The position numbers and the translations under genes were made by a program. DNA of 63,193 bases, filler included, from Nemertoderma westbladi (Eukaryota > Animalia > Xenacoelomorpha): assembly GCA_032718475.1 (NCBI GenBank). It is 5 parts of 5 records of this genome, joined end to end, with 100 filler letters (N's around TTAATTAATTAA, not from the genome) between each part and the next. Parts side by side here need not be neighbours in the genome. Positions count along the whole stretch, not along the records: positions 1 to 22,443 come from JAUCBJ010008021.1; 4 more parts are not named here. One strand, given 5' to 3'. The notes beneath the pieces were generated by a model. It did not search any database. It worked only from the letters and a program-made list of their open reading frames with translations, and was not told where the DNA came from. Below are positions 1 to 12,661 of this stretch, in pieces (the stretch's first letter is position 1; every line of letters starts with the position of its first letter).

Positions 1-595
1 GCTTCCAAACGGCTGGATCCATTGTATCTTTAGCCACTCCCATCCTGTGTATATCTTCCCAAGTAGCCTCGGACAGATCCAACGGAAGTCCGAGTCCGGG
101 AAAGTTCCATTGTGATTCAACAATAGATATCAATTCTTCCCTGGCGTATCCCGCGTAATTATCTTGGGTCGCTCGCTTATTCTTCGCCCAGTCGGCTTGA
201 TGTTCCTCCACCGCAATGAATATAGTAGTTAGCACTGCAGCAGGAAGAGTAAGAAGGGGGTCCGAGTAGACTGTATCAGCCATCTGCACTCCATGTTCGG
301 GAATCAGCTCTACAGTATCCGAACTGCTGGAGCTATCGGGTCGCTGGGAAGTAGGTTCTTGACCAAGATGTTGCTGCGATAGTACAACTGCCTCTTGGTC
401 CCGTTTTACCTGTGCCCGAGTTCCTATGATGGACCTATGGTGGACTAGCCTAGGGTCTGATACTACTGGAGGGATGACCTTTTTTACAGTAGGAGGTGAG
501 CCGAACTCCTTTCTTATTCACTCCACACTCCTATCTGAATCACAGATAGTTGTATCGATCAGACTGTCTGACAGGTTTTGCTGAGTGTCAGACAT
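1..595 (-). pseudogene. ORF running off the window edge, possibly retroelement gag-like; one in-frame TGA
   Basis: Manual translation from ATG at 595: MSDTQQNLSDSLIDTTICDSDRSVE*IRKEFGSPPTVKKVIPPVVSDPRL...WEDIHRMGVAKDTMDPAVWK, open to base 1 except TGA at ~518-520. No diagnostic motif; the gag call is inference from context. Confidence 0.35.
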
Positions 596-1929
596 GTTTA
601 GCTATACAGTTGAAGGCTTACTGCTATAGTTACAGTTAAAGCAAGTCTAGTAATTCAGTATGACCACTGGCCTAGTACCGGTAATTTATTGCAGTATATT
701 AGAATACCGGTATGCACTTATAATATATATAAGTATTGTAAACTAGGTTTGTCACAGAGTAGCGGTATATAAATTTAGCACAGATATATATAAATATATA
801 ATAGGCCTATCTTGAATACCGGTATACAGCTTACACTTATAGTATATATAAGTATAATTATGAACTAGAATTAATTACAGAGTACCGGTATGATTTCAGC
901 TCAAATTTATAGAAATAAATATAATAAGCCTATGGTAAGTACCGGTATGTCAATTATTTTTAGAATAATTGAATTCCTGAATATTTTAGGGTTACCCAGT
1001 TACTTTAACTTACTTTATTACCGTTATTTAAGCAGTAGTCCAACTGATAGTGAGACCTAGTTGTTGTATGGCAGGCCTACTATTTATAAATCGTTTGATT
1101 TGATTTATAATATTTATATACCCGTTTAAATGGGTTTTTTGTCAATATTTGAAATAAATGTTATTATTTCTGGGGGAGTCACTACACAGAAGCTGTGCGC
1201 TCTCAGTGAAGTGCTATTTATTTGACACTAAAACTGATAATTCTAATTTACCTAAGTTACTTAATACTACAAATTACTTACGATTCTGGTGAGATTAATT
1301 CTCTAATTAAACACAACAAAAATATTACGTACGAAATTTTTAGGGTAATTTTACAGGAAGTCTACAAACCAGCCTAACAAAGGGTTAGATTTCTGGTTAT
1401 TACAACGGACAGGGTACTACGGTATTTGAAATAATAAGTAGTAGTAAATATATTGTACTGTCCAGATAGGAAAATACCACCGCCTGACGACCTATAACCG
1501 TATCGCTATAGGTACTACGTTATGTATCACGGATTGTTCCTACCCAGAAGCTAATAGAGCTAACGAATGTGCCTATCAACCACTTTACAACACAAATATA
1601 CTGCCTACACTAATTACTTCGGAAAGCACTGTACACTAAACCCTAAATTAGGTACAAGTACCGGTATAACAAATAATCAGTAGTTAAATATACTTGAACA
1701 GTTAAAAGAACCACGGCATCTGCTGGAGTGACCGAAGCACAAAATCTCCAGTCTTTACCTACGCCGAGCAGCCCTGATGTAGTACCGGGGTTAATTTAAC
1801 TATAACGGTATGTATAACAAGCACAATTACTGTAGGAATAAACTTGGGGACATGAATGTTGCGAATAATCGCATAAACTCTGAATAATAAATATTACGCT
1901 ACCCGTACAGAATACTCAAACAGAATACA

Positions 1930-2450
1930 AACCAAACGCTGGCAGACTACTATCAAGCCTAAACAAACTACAGTATGTGCAGATTCTGAAACTGTTAGTT
2001 AGTATGCGTTCTAACACGGTAGCACGACTTATTCTTTAAGAGGGGATTGACCTTACCGCATATGGCTGCCCCAACTTACTAACGGCACTTTATCAGACCA
2101 ACTCTACACACGCAGCAATCCCTTCAGGCCTAAGAATAGCTAGACAACAATCTAGCCTACAAAATATCTGAGTAATAACTATTACGGTACCTGAACAGAC
2201 CACACAAACAAACACAGGCTAAAACACTGGCAGACTACAATCAAGCCTAAATAAACTACAGTATATGCAGATTCTGAAACTGTTAGTTAGTATGCGTTCT
2301 AACACGGTAGTACGACTTATTCTTTAAGAGGGGATTGACCTTACCGCATATGGCTGCCCCAACTTACTAACGGCACTTGATCAGACAAACTCTACACACG
2401 CCGTAATCTCTCCAAACTCAACACAGTCAGACAGCAGTTCAGCCTACAAT
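1930..2450. repeat. Direct duplication, ~230-bp block, period ~288 bp
   Basis: ctggcagactac.atcaagcctaaa.aaactacagtat.tgcagattctgaaactgttagttagtatgcg... starts at ~1939 and again at ~2227. Confidence 0.9.
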
Positions 2451-4221
2451 TATTTGAACAATCTGAGCAGACTTATACGTCTTCAGCTCAATATTAACTT
2501 ACTAGGAAATAAAACCGACAGAAATAAGTAAGCTCCAAAAGAAACAAGGGGTGTACAGTCCCTAATCTCTTAAACAGCCTACCGGTATACAATAATCAAA
2601 ATCGAATAATACTAAATGTACTTGTACAGCAGTACCGGTACCGGTGATGACAGTTAGGCCTACTGACCTACAGAAGTACCGGTTCAGTTTTACCAGTCAC
2701 TACGGTATTTTGCAACCTTATTGCCTACTGCAATAAGATTATAAACTGTTACTGTTCGCGCTTTTGAAGACCTTTAGCAGTTTAACCTGCCAAAATTTAT
2801 ATGTCTTTTAGTTAATTAAAACACCTTTAACATACGACAATATTTTATGCTAATACACAAAACATTAGCCGAAGTCAGCCCATGCGCGATCATTCACCCG
2901 ATGGATCTACACCCGGGAGGCTGAATTCGGATGCTTAAATTTTATTATTGCAGTGTAAGGTTGCAGCGTAAACTTACTGTATTATTCGACAGATCGTTAA
3001 TAATTAATTCCTGACAGATATTATTGGCTTTCGGGAAATATTAACAGTTCCTTTAGGACATGGCGCTCTATCTATTTAAACAGAACTAAGACTTATACTA
3101 AACGCAACGATACTGCTTATGATTAAAGTATAAAGCGTATTCTTTAGGAAATACTTTGTTACCAATCACAATCATGCACACTATTCTGCCGACCGTCAGT
3201 ATATTTGATCACACATAAAGAGAGCAGTAATTGACTCATGTAGGGTCTGCTAAATAACATTAGATTCAATACACACCACATTAATATAAATCGCAATTGT
3301 TATATATAGCCCGCCTCTCTAACCTGTAGTGTATCAAGAAAATTGGGAAATTTGAGTGATTTATCCGTATTATCCAAAGAGCAATATTTCCATCAACAAA
3401 TAGGTACAATTAATAACTGACGGTAAATAACAGTACAAACAATATGATTAATAGTGAGTTAATTAGATCAGATAAGTCGATTGCGTTAGGTTAGTTTAGT
3501 TAGGTAACAGTTTATACTTTCGATAATTTAAGCAGTTTTATTAGAGTTCTTCCCAAAAAGCCGGTGTTATGGCGAAAATGGGAACACAACAACAGAATCA
3601 TATAAAATCATATGACTACTACCACTATACGAGTATACCAAAAACCCTTATTCCCCGAAGCTCCCATCCAACACAGAGGATGAGCAGTGAGATAGGAAAT
3701 TCAGTTCAGTAGCGCTGGGATAGGTCGAAATCAACACCCACGCAAATTCTATTGGCCGACACGGACAGCAAGGCTTAGGCAACCTCCCTACACTGGTTGG
3801 CCGATTAAACTGAGCCCAGATATCTCCACACAGCACATCAGCCAATAAGCTGGTAGCTTGCACTATTTTAGTTATAAATCCCTTTGAGAGTATTCTAGCG
3901 ACCGGGGGGGAACTGGCCAGCAAAGGCAAACGTATCAGTTATCCCACAAAAGCTTTTACAACAGGATAAGGGGATTATATAGTAGTTACATGTAAATACT
4001 ACAATACCAACTCCTATCCTGGTTTTTACTTGGAATTTGTATAATTTGAGTATTTTCTCTGTGTAGTGTGATAGGCCTAACCAATACTTCAATACTTTAG
4101 TGTTTAGTTGGAGTTATATTACTGTACCGGCTGACCGGTATTAGGTAACGGTGGTGGTGCAATACCATATAGATAGGCATGTAGGCTATCGCTGTATCGC
4201 TATACAAATAATAAAAATATT

Positions 4222-5894
4222 ATGTTTATGGTTCGTAATTATAAGCGCAAGTTGGGCAGTAGACGATATAAAGATTACTCTACCGAAACATTAAACAAAG
4301 CTCTTGATGATGTAAAAAAAGGCGATTCTATTCGAGGGGTATCGAAGACTTATGGAATTTCAATTGGAACACTGTGGAATAAACTTAACGGTCAACATCA
4401 ATCAACAGTTGGTCACCCTGTTGCATTAACAGCTGGAGATGAAAAATGTATTGTGGACGCTATTGGAGTATTAGTGGACTGGAAGAAACCACTGAGTATT
4501 CCCGAAGTTCAAATTTTAGTTCATAACTTTCTTGAGAAGAGGGATATTAAGGTCAAATGTTTTAAACAAAACTACCCAGGTATTGAATGGATTCTCTCCT
4601 TTATGAAACGTAATGGTCTTCGTGCTCGCAATGCAGCGAATATCAAAACAAGCAGGGCTGAAATATCAGCAGAAACCTTAAACAGTTTTTATGATGAACT
4701 ATAGAGAAAGAAATTGAAGATGTTCCTGCAAGCAACATCTGCAACTATGACGAAACAGGCTTTGCAAATGATCCTGGTGAAAAGCGTGTTATATGTCGCC
4801 GAGGTCACAAACGTGTTGAACGATCCATTGACCATTCTAAAGATAATACATATGTTATGTACAGTGGTTGTGCAGATGGCGCAGTAAATCCTGTGATGAT
4901 TGTTTACAAAGCGAAGTTTATGTACGAAAGATGGAAATCTGGTGGTCCCAATGGGGCTTGTTATTCAATGACTGAGTCAGGATGGTTTGACATGATAAGA
5001 TTCGAGGAGTGGTTCGAATGGGTTTATAAACCATCCATAATGAATCTTAATGGGAAAAAGATTCTGATAGGTGACAACTTAGGATCACACTTGTCCATTG
5101 ATGTTGTCCGTGCATGTAAAGAGCTCAATGTTCGATTCATCCCACTACCTGGCAATACAACACATATTCTGCAACCACTTGATGTGGCATGTTTTCGATC
5201 TACCAAGATAGCATGGCGAAATATCCTTTCTAACTGGAGAAAAGAGACACGTACAAAGGGTTCTATTCCAAAGCCTCAAATTCCAGCCCTAATGAAACGA
5301 CTGGCTGATAAACTTAGCGATGCATTCCCATTAAATTTAATAAAGGGATTTGAAGCCACAGGATTATATCCACCGAACAGAGAAAAAGGTCTTTGTCATA
5401 TTCCATCAGCTCCAAGTGATACATCCACAAATGCTATAAATTCTGTAGTATTAGAACTTCTTCAATAACAACACACTTCATCAGCATCAACACGGAAGCA
5501 GCGGGGCAAGAAGGTAACACCAGGAAAGGGAATTGAAGAAGAAGACCTTCTGCCAGCTGCAGGTGATGGAGAGACAGGAAACCAGAAGAAGAGGAGAAAG
5601 GTTGTTACTGACGTTCATGTAGGTGAAACTGATGTTGATAAACCATCAACTTCGGGAGGTCAAAGGGGTGTTCAAATAGCAGATACGCCATCGAATTCAA
5701 CAGGTTCACGTCGTCAGTTGCGGCAACGGATACATAGTGAAGGATGGAGCTGTGGATCATGTGGATGTGATTGGAGCGATTTAGATATCAGTGATATATG
5801 GGTGATGTGTGACCTGTGTGAAACATGGTTTTGTGGAGAGTGTGTCCCACCTGCTTCATATAAAGAAGATGATCCGTTTTTCTGTTGCTCATAA
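4222..5894 (+). mobile_element. pogo/Tigger-family DDE_1 transposase pseudogene (psq HTH, CENP-B HTH, DDD triad, C-terminal PHD finger)
   Basis: N-terminal YSTETLNKALDDVKKG..SIRGVSKTYGISIGTL; catalytic NYDETGF (~4743, after frameshift at ~4704), IGDNLGSH, QPLDVACF; stop at 5466-5468, then in-frame CGSC...WVMCDLCETWFCGEC...FFCCS*. TIRs not identified. Confidence 0.9.
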
Positions 5895-6405
5895 TTGCTA
5901 CTAGTAGTAGTACCAAGTACTCATGTTGTCTTGTATGAAATAGCCTACTATGCAATAATACTATATATATATAATAATATAGCCTACTACTGTATATATA
6001 TATATATATATATCCCTTATATATATAATATACTAGATGTATAACTTTTTTTGTGGTTCTTTGGCTACAAATATACAATATATGTATAATGGCACCCTAT
6101 GCTGCTCGCATTCTATATTGTGTTTAGAAAAACCACTTTCAGTTAAAATTACATTTCCGTGATAATTGGGTTAATGTACTGTACCTAAAAGCGAAATACA
6201 TTACCGTATAATACTGCAGGTATCGATGCCATACAGTATTACTTGTTATATGAAGTACTGTATATAGGTAGGGTGAGTGAGGGAGACTGGAACCCCAAAA
6301 GTTATAATCGCTCTAAAGAACTGATAAATAAATTTTTCAATGCCGTTTTAACTTTTTCACATTACATTTATGTTTGCTATCATTATGTCAGAGTTTGAGA
6401 ACTTC

Positions 6406-7170
6406 AAGGACCCAGAAGTAGTAGATATCCGGCAACTACAGTCACTGACACCGAATTCGCGGATGACATCGCCCTGCTCTCTAATACGCTAGCAGATGCA
6501 CAGCTTCTACTGAATAAAGTGGAGAGGGCTGCTAAGGAGGTTGGATTGCATATAAATGCTACCAACCCTTGATAATAATCAACAAAGGAAGGTCGACGAC
6601 TTCCAGTACCTAGGATCATGGATAGAGAGTAGCAAAAAGGACATAGAAGTTAGGAAAGCAAAGGCTTGGGTAGCTCTATCAAAAATGGATACCATCTGGA
6701 AATCAGATCTCCTCAGGCACCTGAAGACTAAGTTCTTTGGAGCAACAGTGGAAAATGTATTTTTATACGGGGGTGAGACCTGGACACTGACTAAATCACT
6801 TGAACAACGAATTGATGGTTGCTACACAAGACTACTAAGGGCAGTCCTAAACATCAGCTGGAGACAACACATGGCAAATGCCGAGCTTTATGGTACAATA
6901 CCACGCGTATCAACAACCCTCCGTAAACGCAGATTAAGATTCAGTGGGCACTGCTGGCGAAGTAAAGACGAGGTCATACCAGATCTACTTTTCTGGCAAC
7001 CAACTCATGGAAAGCGTAGTCGTGGACGACCGGCCATAACATATATAGATCAACTTTAAAGGGATACTGAACTTGGGAGAAACGAAATTGCGACAACTAT
7101 GGAGAATCGGGAAGCCTGGAAGGATCTCATTTCCATTGTCCGAGATCGCTCGACTTAGTAATAGTAGTAG
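6406..7170 (+). mobile_element. 5'-truncated RTE LINE (family RTE-A), 3' part of RT with small internal deletion
   Basis: Highly similar to the reverse complement of ~30014-30817; FADDIALL, FQYLGSWI, RLRFSGHCWR; ends in (TAG)n-like tail. Confidence 0.93.
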
Positions 7171-8319
7171 GTATTGTACCGTAGTTCTTTCAATCTTAAG
7201 AGAACCAAATAATCAACCAAAATTCAATAAAGTTAATTTGTTCTTAAGTCACTTTTTTTGTCAAAGTCGTTAACAAGTTTGACAAAAAATAACACTTTGT
7301 TGTTAATATAAAAAGTTATGTTGAATTAAATTTCAAAGTAATTTCCATGACATTGATTTTTTATACTAGCTAGTCTTTTCTACTTTTTTATAAATGTTAT
7401 GAACACGTGTTAGCTATCAATTTTGATAAATAATTTTGTTCCAGAACACTTTTTATGTATATGAGTTATTATTACCATAATGAACAAAATCTATAATAAG
7501 TGAAGCGAGATAAAGGAATCATGATTGGGGTGATTTATATTGAGTCAATGCAATAATGAAGATGGTCTGGAGGCGCTACCACCCAGTGGAAAAGTGCTGG
7601 TTATGTGAAGATCATTATATTTACATTATATAGAACTTAAAAGTAATGGATATATTTGTAGATTGGAGGGCGGGGGGGGGGGGGGGGGGGGGTGTTGGCT
7701 GGAGAACCACGTTGATTGACACAATGATTATTCAATAATTATACGAGAGATACTGAAGGCCTACTTGTTTTTTGTTTATTTCTTTTTCCATATATTTAAT
7801 TTTATACTGTATGTCTACCGGCACCTCTTACTGTTTATCACAGTGTATGAAACCAAACAAAACATTGTTGTATAAGTAGAATATATAATATATACAGAGT
7901 ACTGAAGTAGTTAGCTATGTAGAGTTTTTGAACAAACTTCAGATTCTTTCTAAACTTTTGACGGACTACATACGTACCAAGTTTCGTTTAATTTCATCGA
8001 GGAATAACCGAGTTATTAGCGATCAAAAATTTACGACGACGACGACAGACGACGACGACAGACAACTCGCCAATGGCACCCATATGCTAAGGCTTCGCTC
8101 AGTTCGTGGCTCGCCCCACATAACAACTACGTTGGTCGATAATGTTACAATTTCTCCTAGCACTACAGTAGTATATAGTAATCAGAATGAATAATTTTAC
8201 GAACAAATAAATTGAGTGAGAGAAAATAAAGCCACAGACACTTTGCAACAAGTGTATACTGTACTGTTGGTACATTTTAGCACTGGGAAATTACTCCAGA
8301 GGAAACTTTTCATTTTTAT

Positions 8320-11220
8320 AAAAAAAATAATATTTTTGGACCTCATGAATATGCAAAAGGTCAAAAAATATATATTATCGGTAAAACTACTACGTTGGTA
8401 TTGCAACCATCTGTATACTGGTAAGCTCTCAAGTAATTATCCAGTAATCGAAGCCATTTGAATACCGCACCTACAAAGATGATATAGATAAAAATGCAGC
8501 CCCATTAATATTCAATAAATGATTAATTTATGAACGGTGCAGCCATTTTACTTCTTTTACACTGCATTATAGAGGCCAAATGATTTATTTAACATTGCAG
8601 CAATTTGTAAGTTAAATTGTATAGATTGGCTATGAATTTGCAGCCAAAAGACAACTTCTTCATAAACGCTAGGTACAGGAAATATAACTTAGATATTGTA
8701 CCGTGTAGTTCATTGAATCAGTAAATTCTATAAAGTTTTTTTTTACATATTGTAAATTAATAGGAGGGACATTGTTTCTGAAGTGAAATAGTAAGCTGAG
8801 TTAAAATCTGTTGCCACAATTTTTCAAGAGTTTCCCGCACTCAAGAATCACTATACACATTAATGACAAATTCACCATAAACATTGGCAAATCACTGGTG
8901 ATTCCTATAGGCCTACACTAACAACCACAGTACTGTATGTTAGGCGCTAAAGTTACTATTTCTCCCAGCCCTAGTACAGTAATCAGTATAGCGAAATGAC
9001 TCCATAGGAATCTTTTCTGTTTTAAAAAATGTAATATTTTTGGACCTCATGAGTATGCAAAAGGTCAAAAAATATATATTATCGGTAAAACTACTACGTT
9101 GGTATTGCAACCATCTGTATACTGGTAAGCTCTCAAGTAATTATCCAGTAATCGAAGCCATTTGTATACCGCACCTACAAAGATGATATAGATAAAAATG
9201 CAGCCACATTAATATTCAATAAATGATTAATTTATGAACGGTGCAGCCAATTTACTTATTTTACACTGCATTGTAGAGGCCAAGTGATTTATTTAAGATT
9301 GCAGCAATTAGTATGTTAAATTGTATAGAATTGCCTAGGAATTTGCAGCCAAAAGAAAACTTCATCAGAAACGACGCTAGGTACAGGAAATATAACTTAG
9401 ATATTGTACCGTAGTTCTTTGAAACAGTGAAATCTATAAAGTTTTTTTACATGTTGTAAATTAATAGGAGGGAAATTGTTTCTGAAGTGAAATACGGATA
9501 GTTCTAAATTAGGAAAACACTAGTAAAACGGTAAAACACTAGGAAAACATAAGAAAAGTACTGTAAAACACCCGGAAAACAGTGGAAATATTGATCAGCA
9601 GGAAATTTAACACATGTACTTCTCTGAATTGACAATCCTAAATGTACTCCTCGCATAGCACCCCTTAAGTAATCACCGTAAAACATAGGGAAAACACTAT
9701 AAAAACACTATAAACCTTCCGGAAAACAGTGAAAAAATTGATCAGCATTAAATTTTACCTATATGCTGCAAAAAAATAAATTGAAAGAGTCTAATACTGC
9801 CCAGAAAGCTTGTTGCCAGGCAACCAAAGAACTGTAACCAATCAGCATACGGTGTAGTATCAGTACAGCAGTACTATCGATCCTTGTTTTACCGGTCAGT
9901 TGGTAGAGGCGCAAAGTACCAGTATCGCTGTATTCAGGTAGGCCTATTACCTGATTACAGATTACAGTATTAGTGCTGTAGTGTATTCCAGTATTCAGAT
10001 ATTGCAGTATTGTAAGGGTTAGTTAAAGCTGTAAATATTTCTATATTTAGTAGCTGAGTTAGACCGGTAAGCATTACAGTATTAAGACAGCCTGGCAGCC
10101 TGGTTACAGATATAGTGCCATAGCCATGGGACATTACAGCATTACATTACATTACAGCATTACACTACTGCACTACAGCACTATTACTGTAATCTGTAAT
10201 CAGGTAATAGGCCTACCAGAATACAGCAATACTGGTACTTTGCGCCTCTACCCCTCTACCAACTGACCGGTAAAACAAGGATAGTACTGCTGTACTGATA
10301 CTGCACCGTATGCTGATTGGTTACAGTTCTTTGGGTGCCTGGCAACAAGCTTCCTGGGCAGTATTAGACTCTTTCAATTTATTTTTTTGCAGCATATAGG
10401 TAAAATTTAATGCTGATAAATTTTTTCACTGTTTTCCGGAAGGTTTATAGTGTTTTTATAGTGTTTTCCCTATGTTTTACGGTGATTACTTAAGGGGTGC
10501 TATGCGAGGAGTACATTTAGGATTGTCAATTCAGAGAAGTACATGTGTTTTACAGTACTCTTCCTATGTTTTCCTATTGTTTTACTGTTTTACTAGTGTT
10601 TTCCTAATTTAGAATCATCCGTGAAATACAGAAGTAAGCTGAGTTCAAATATGTCTTCACAATTTTTCTGAAGTTTCCCCGCACTCAAGAATCAGTACAT
10701 TAATGACAAAATCACCATGAACATTGGCTAATCAATCACTGATGCTCCTTATACACTAACACCACAGTATGTTGGGAGCTACAGTTACTATGAACAATGA
10801 AGATATTGAAAATGTGCAGCCAATTTACTTTTCACTAAATTATAAATTTAATGAACGTTGCAGCCATTTTACTTCTTATACAATGTATAATATAATAATA
10901 TATAATAATAATATACATGGCATTGTATGGTCAGTAATAGGCCAACTCGAATATTCAAAATTGCAGCTATTTGTATGTTAATAGTATAAAGCATGGCTCA
11001 TAAATTTGCAGCAAAATGACACTTCGTTAAAAATCTAGGTACAGCAAGATACAGTAGTATTGTAGATACATACTATTCATAGGCTTACAATAAAGTTAAA
11101 GTTTATCTTCAATATTGTCAAATATAGGAGGTAATACAGTAGAAGTATGGATATTATGATGTGAAATACTAAGCTGAGTCTAAATATGTTGTCAGCATTC
11201 TTATAAGGTTCCCGTACTAA
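8320..11220. repeat. Three diverging copies of a ~0.6-0.7 kb unit rich in TGCAGCCA; copy 2 interrupted by the foldback element
   Basis: 8330.. and 9030.. are near-identical (tttttggacctcatga.tatgcaaaaggtcaaaaaatatatattatcgg...); third diverged copy ~10800-11220; motif continues to ~11960. Confidence 0.85.
9496..10620. mobile_element. Non-autonomous Mutator/MULE-type foldback element with long TIRs and 9-bp TSD
   Basis: GTGAAATAC at 9487-9495 and 10621-10629; ends GGATAGTTCTAAATTAGGAAAACAC / GTGTTTTCCTAATTTAGAATCATCC; inverted arms extend ~470 bp; paralogous empty site at ~8783 (gtgaaatagtaagctgag). Confidence 0.9.
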
Positions 11221-12206
11221 CACTGATTAAAAATAAAAATCGAAATTAAATCACCATTACAAGAAAAACCCCATAATAAAATCTTACATTGGGCGAAGGT
11301 GTGCCTCTACATAGATTATTGATTGTTAGGCAGAGCGATCAACATTGGCAAACAATCAATATTCTTTAAAACGTTAAAATGGACATCGGAAAATAGATGA
11401 GGAAATTCCCAAGAAGCAAAAATTTCAGGTCGCTGGTGTACTGTACTATGTTATTATTATCGTTTTTGACTGACAGAAATAATGACAGTCCCTCAATCAT
11501 TATTATAATTAACATCGGAAATGATAACCCGACCAGGAAAACCCAGATATAAATAATCTTAGTTAGGACTTACAATATGGATACACAACACATCTACTGT
11601 AGGCCCCTCCTCCAGTATTCATATCTTGGTTCTCTCATAACAGTAATACCTAATGCAGCACATACATTAGTTCAAGATTTTATGCAGCCATTGTTGTGAA
11701 AATAAACGGCAGCCAATAAGCCATTATTTATACAAGAATATCTATATAATTCAGCAAAATATCTATATAATTCACCAAAATGTATATATTGAGACAATAA
11801 TTGACCCAAAAATTTAAATTGCAGCCACTGTAGTAACCAGGCTTTTTGCAGCCAAAAGAATGCGGATGTTTTAGAAAGACCATATGGCTACATTGCAGCC
11901 AAAATACAACCTGCCGCAGCCACGGTGTCACTTTGTATATATCATGATGCAACCAATAAGCCATTATTCATATAATCCATTGACACCACATGCTGCATTG
12001 TACATCTATATATATATATATATATATATAGATATATATATCGGTATATAATTTACAGTAAAAAATCTCCACCACCAAACAACAACAATAAATTTCACAC
12101 TCTCTAATTATATTTTACATCAAAAACCCACCACCAAACAATAATAAATTATTAACCAGTTTGTTGAATATAGTATAATATATATGAAATTTAAACGGAG
12201 AACACA

Positions 12207-12661
12207 TTAATGTACTGTACATTTACCAGTGTAGAAGCAGCAAACAACAACAATATTATTTATTCTGACTTTACAGTTATTGAATATTTCGGGGTCGTAT
12301 GAAATTTCTAGTTTAACATTATCAAATATAACATAAAACCCGATATTGTTTATAAGTAACCTATAGATTACGGTGTCGATACTAAAAATATAAGTACACA
12401 AATTGATAGATTTAAAAATCAATTTAATGTTTGTTTTTTGAATATATGCTTTTTCACTTTATTAAAATTATATTTTCTACCGAGAATTGTTATTCGTCCA
12501 TTTGTAAACATTAATATGGTTGCACCAAATACCTTATATATAAACTGATTAGGTTTGAGTACAATTTTACCTGTCAATTGATTTTTTAATTCTTTTAAAT
12601 TAAGTCCATAAATGATCTGCTTACAACTTATATTTTTATTTACTATTTGATAATTCATCAT
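12207..12661 (-). pseudogene. TATA-binding protein (TBP)-like gene, frameshifted at ~12420, overlapping the end of pPolB
   Basis: Repeat 1 YQIVN..LNLKEL..ATILMFTNGRITILG (TBP: LQNIV..LDLKTI..TTALIFSSGKMVCTG); repeat 2 SYDPEIF...VVVCCFYTGKCTVH (TBP: SYEPELF...VLLIFVSGKVVLTG); order and spacing fit the two-repeat TBP core. Confidence 0.75.
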
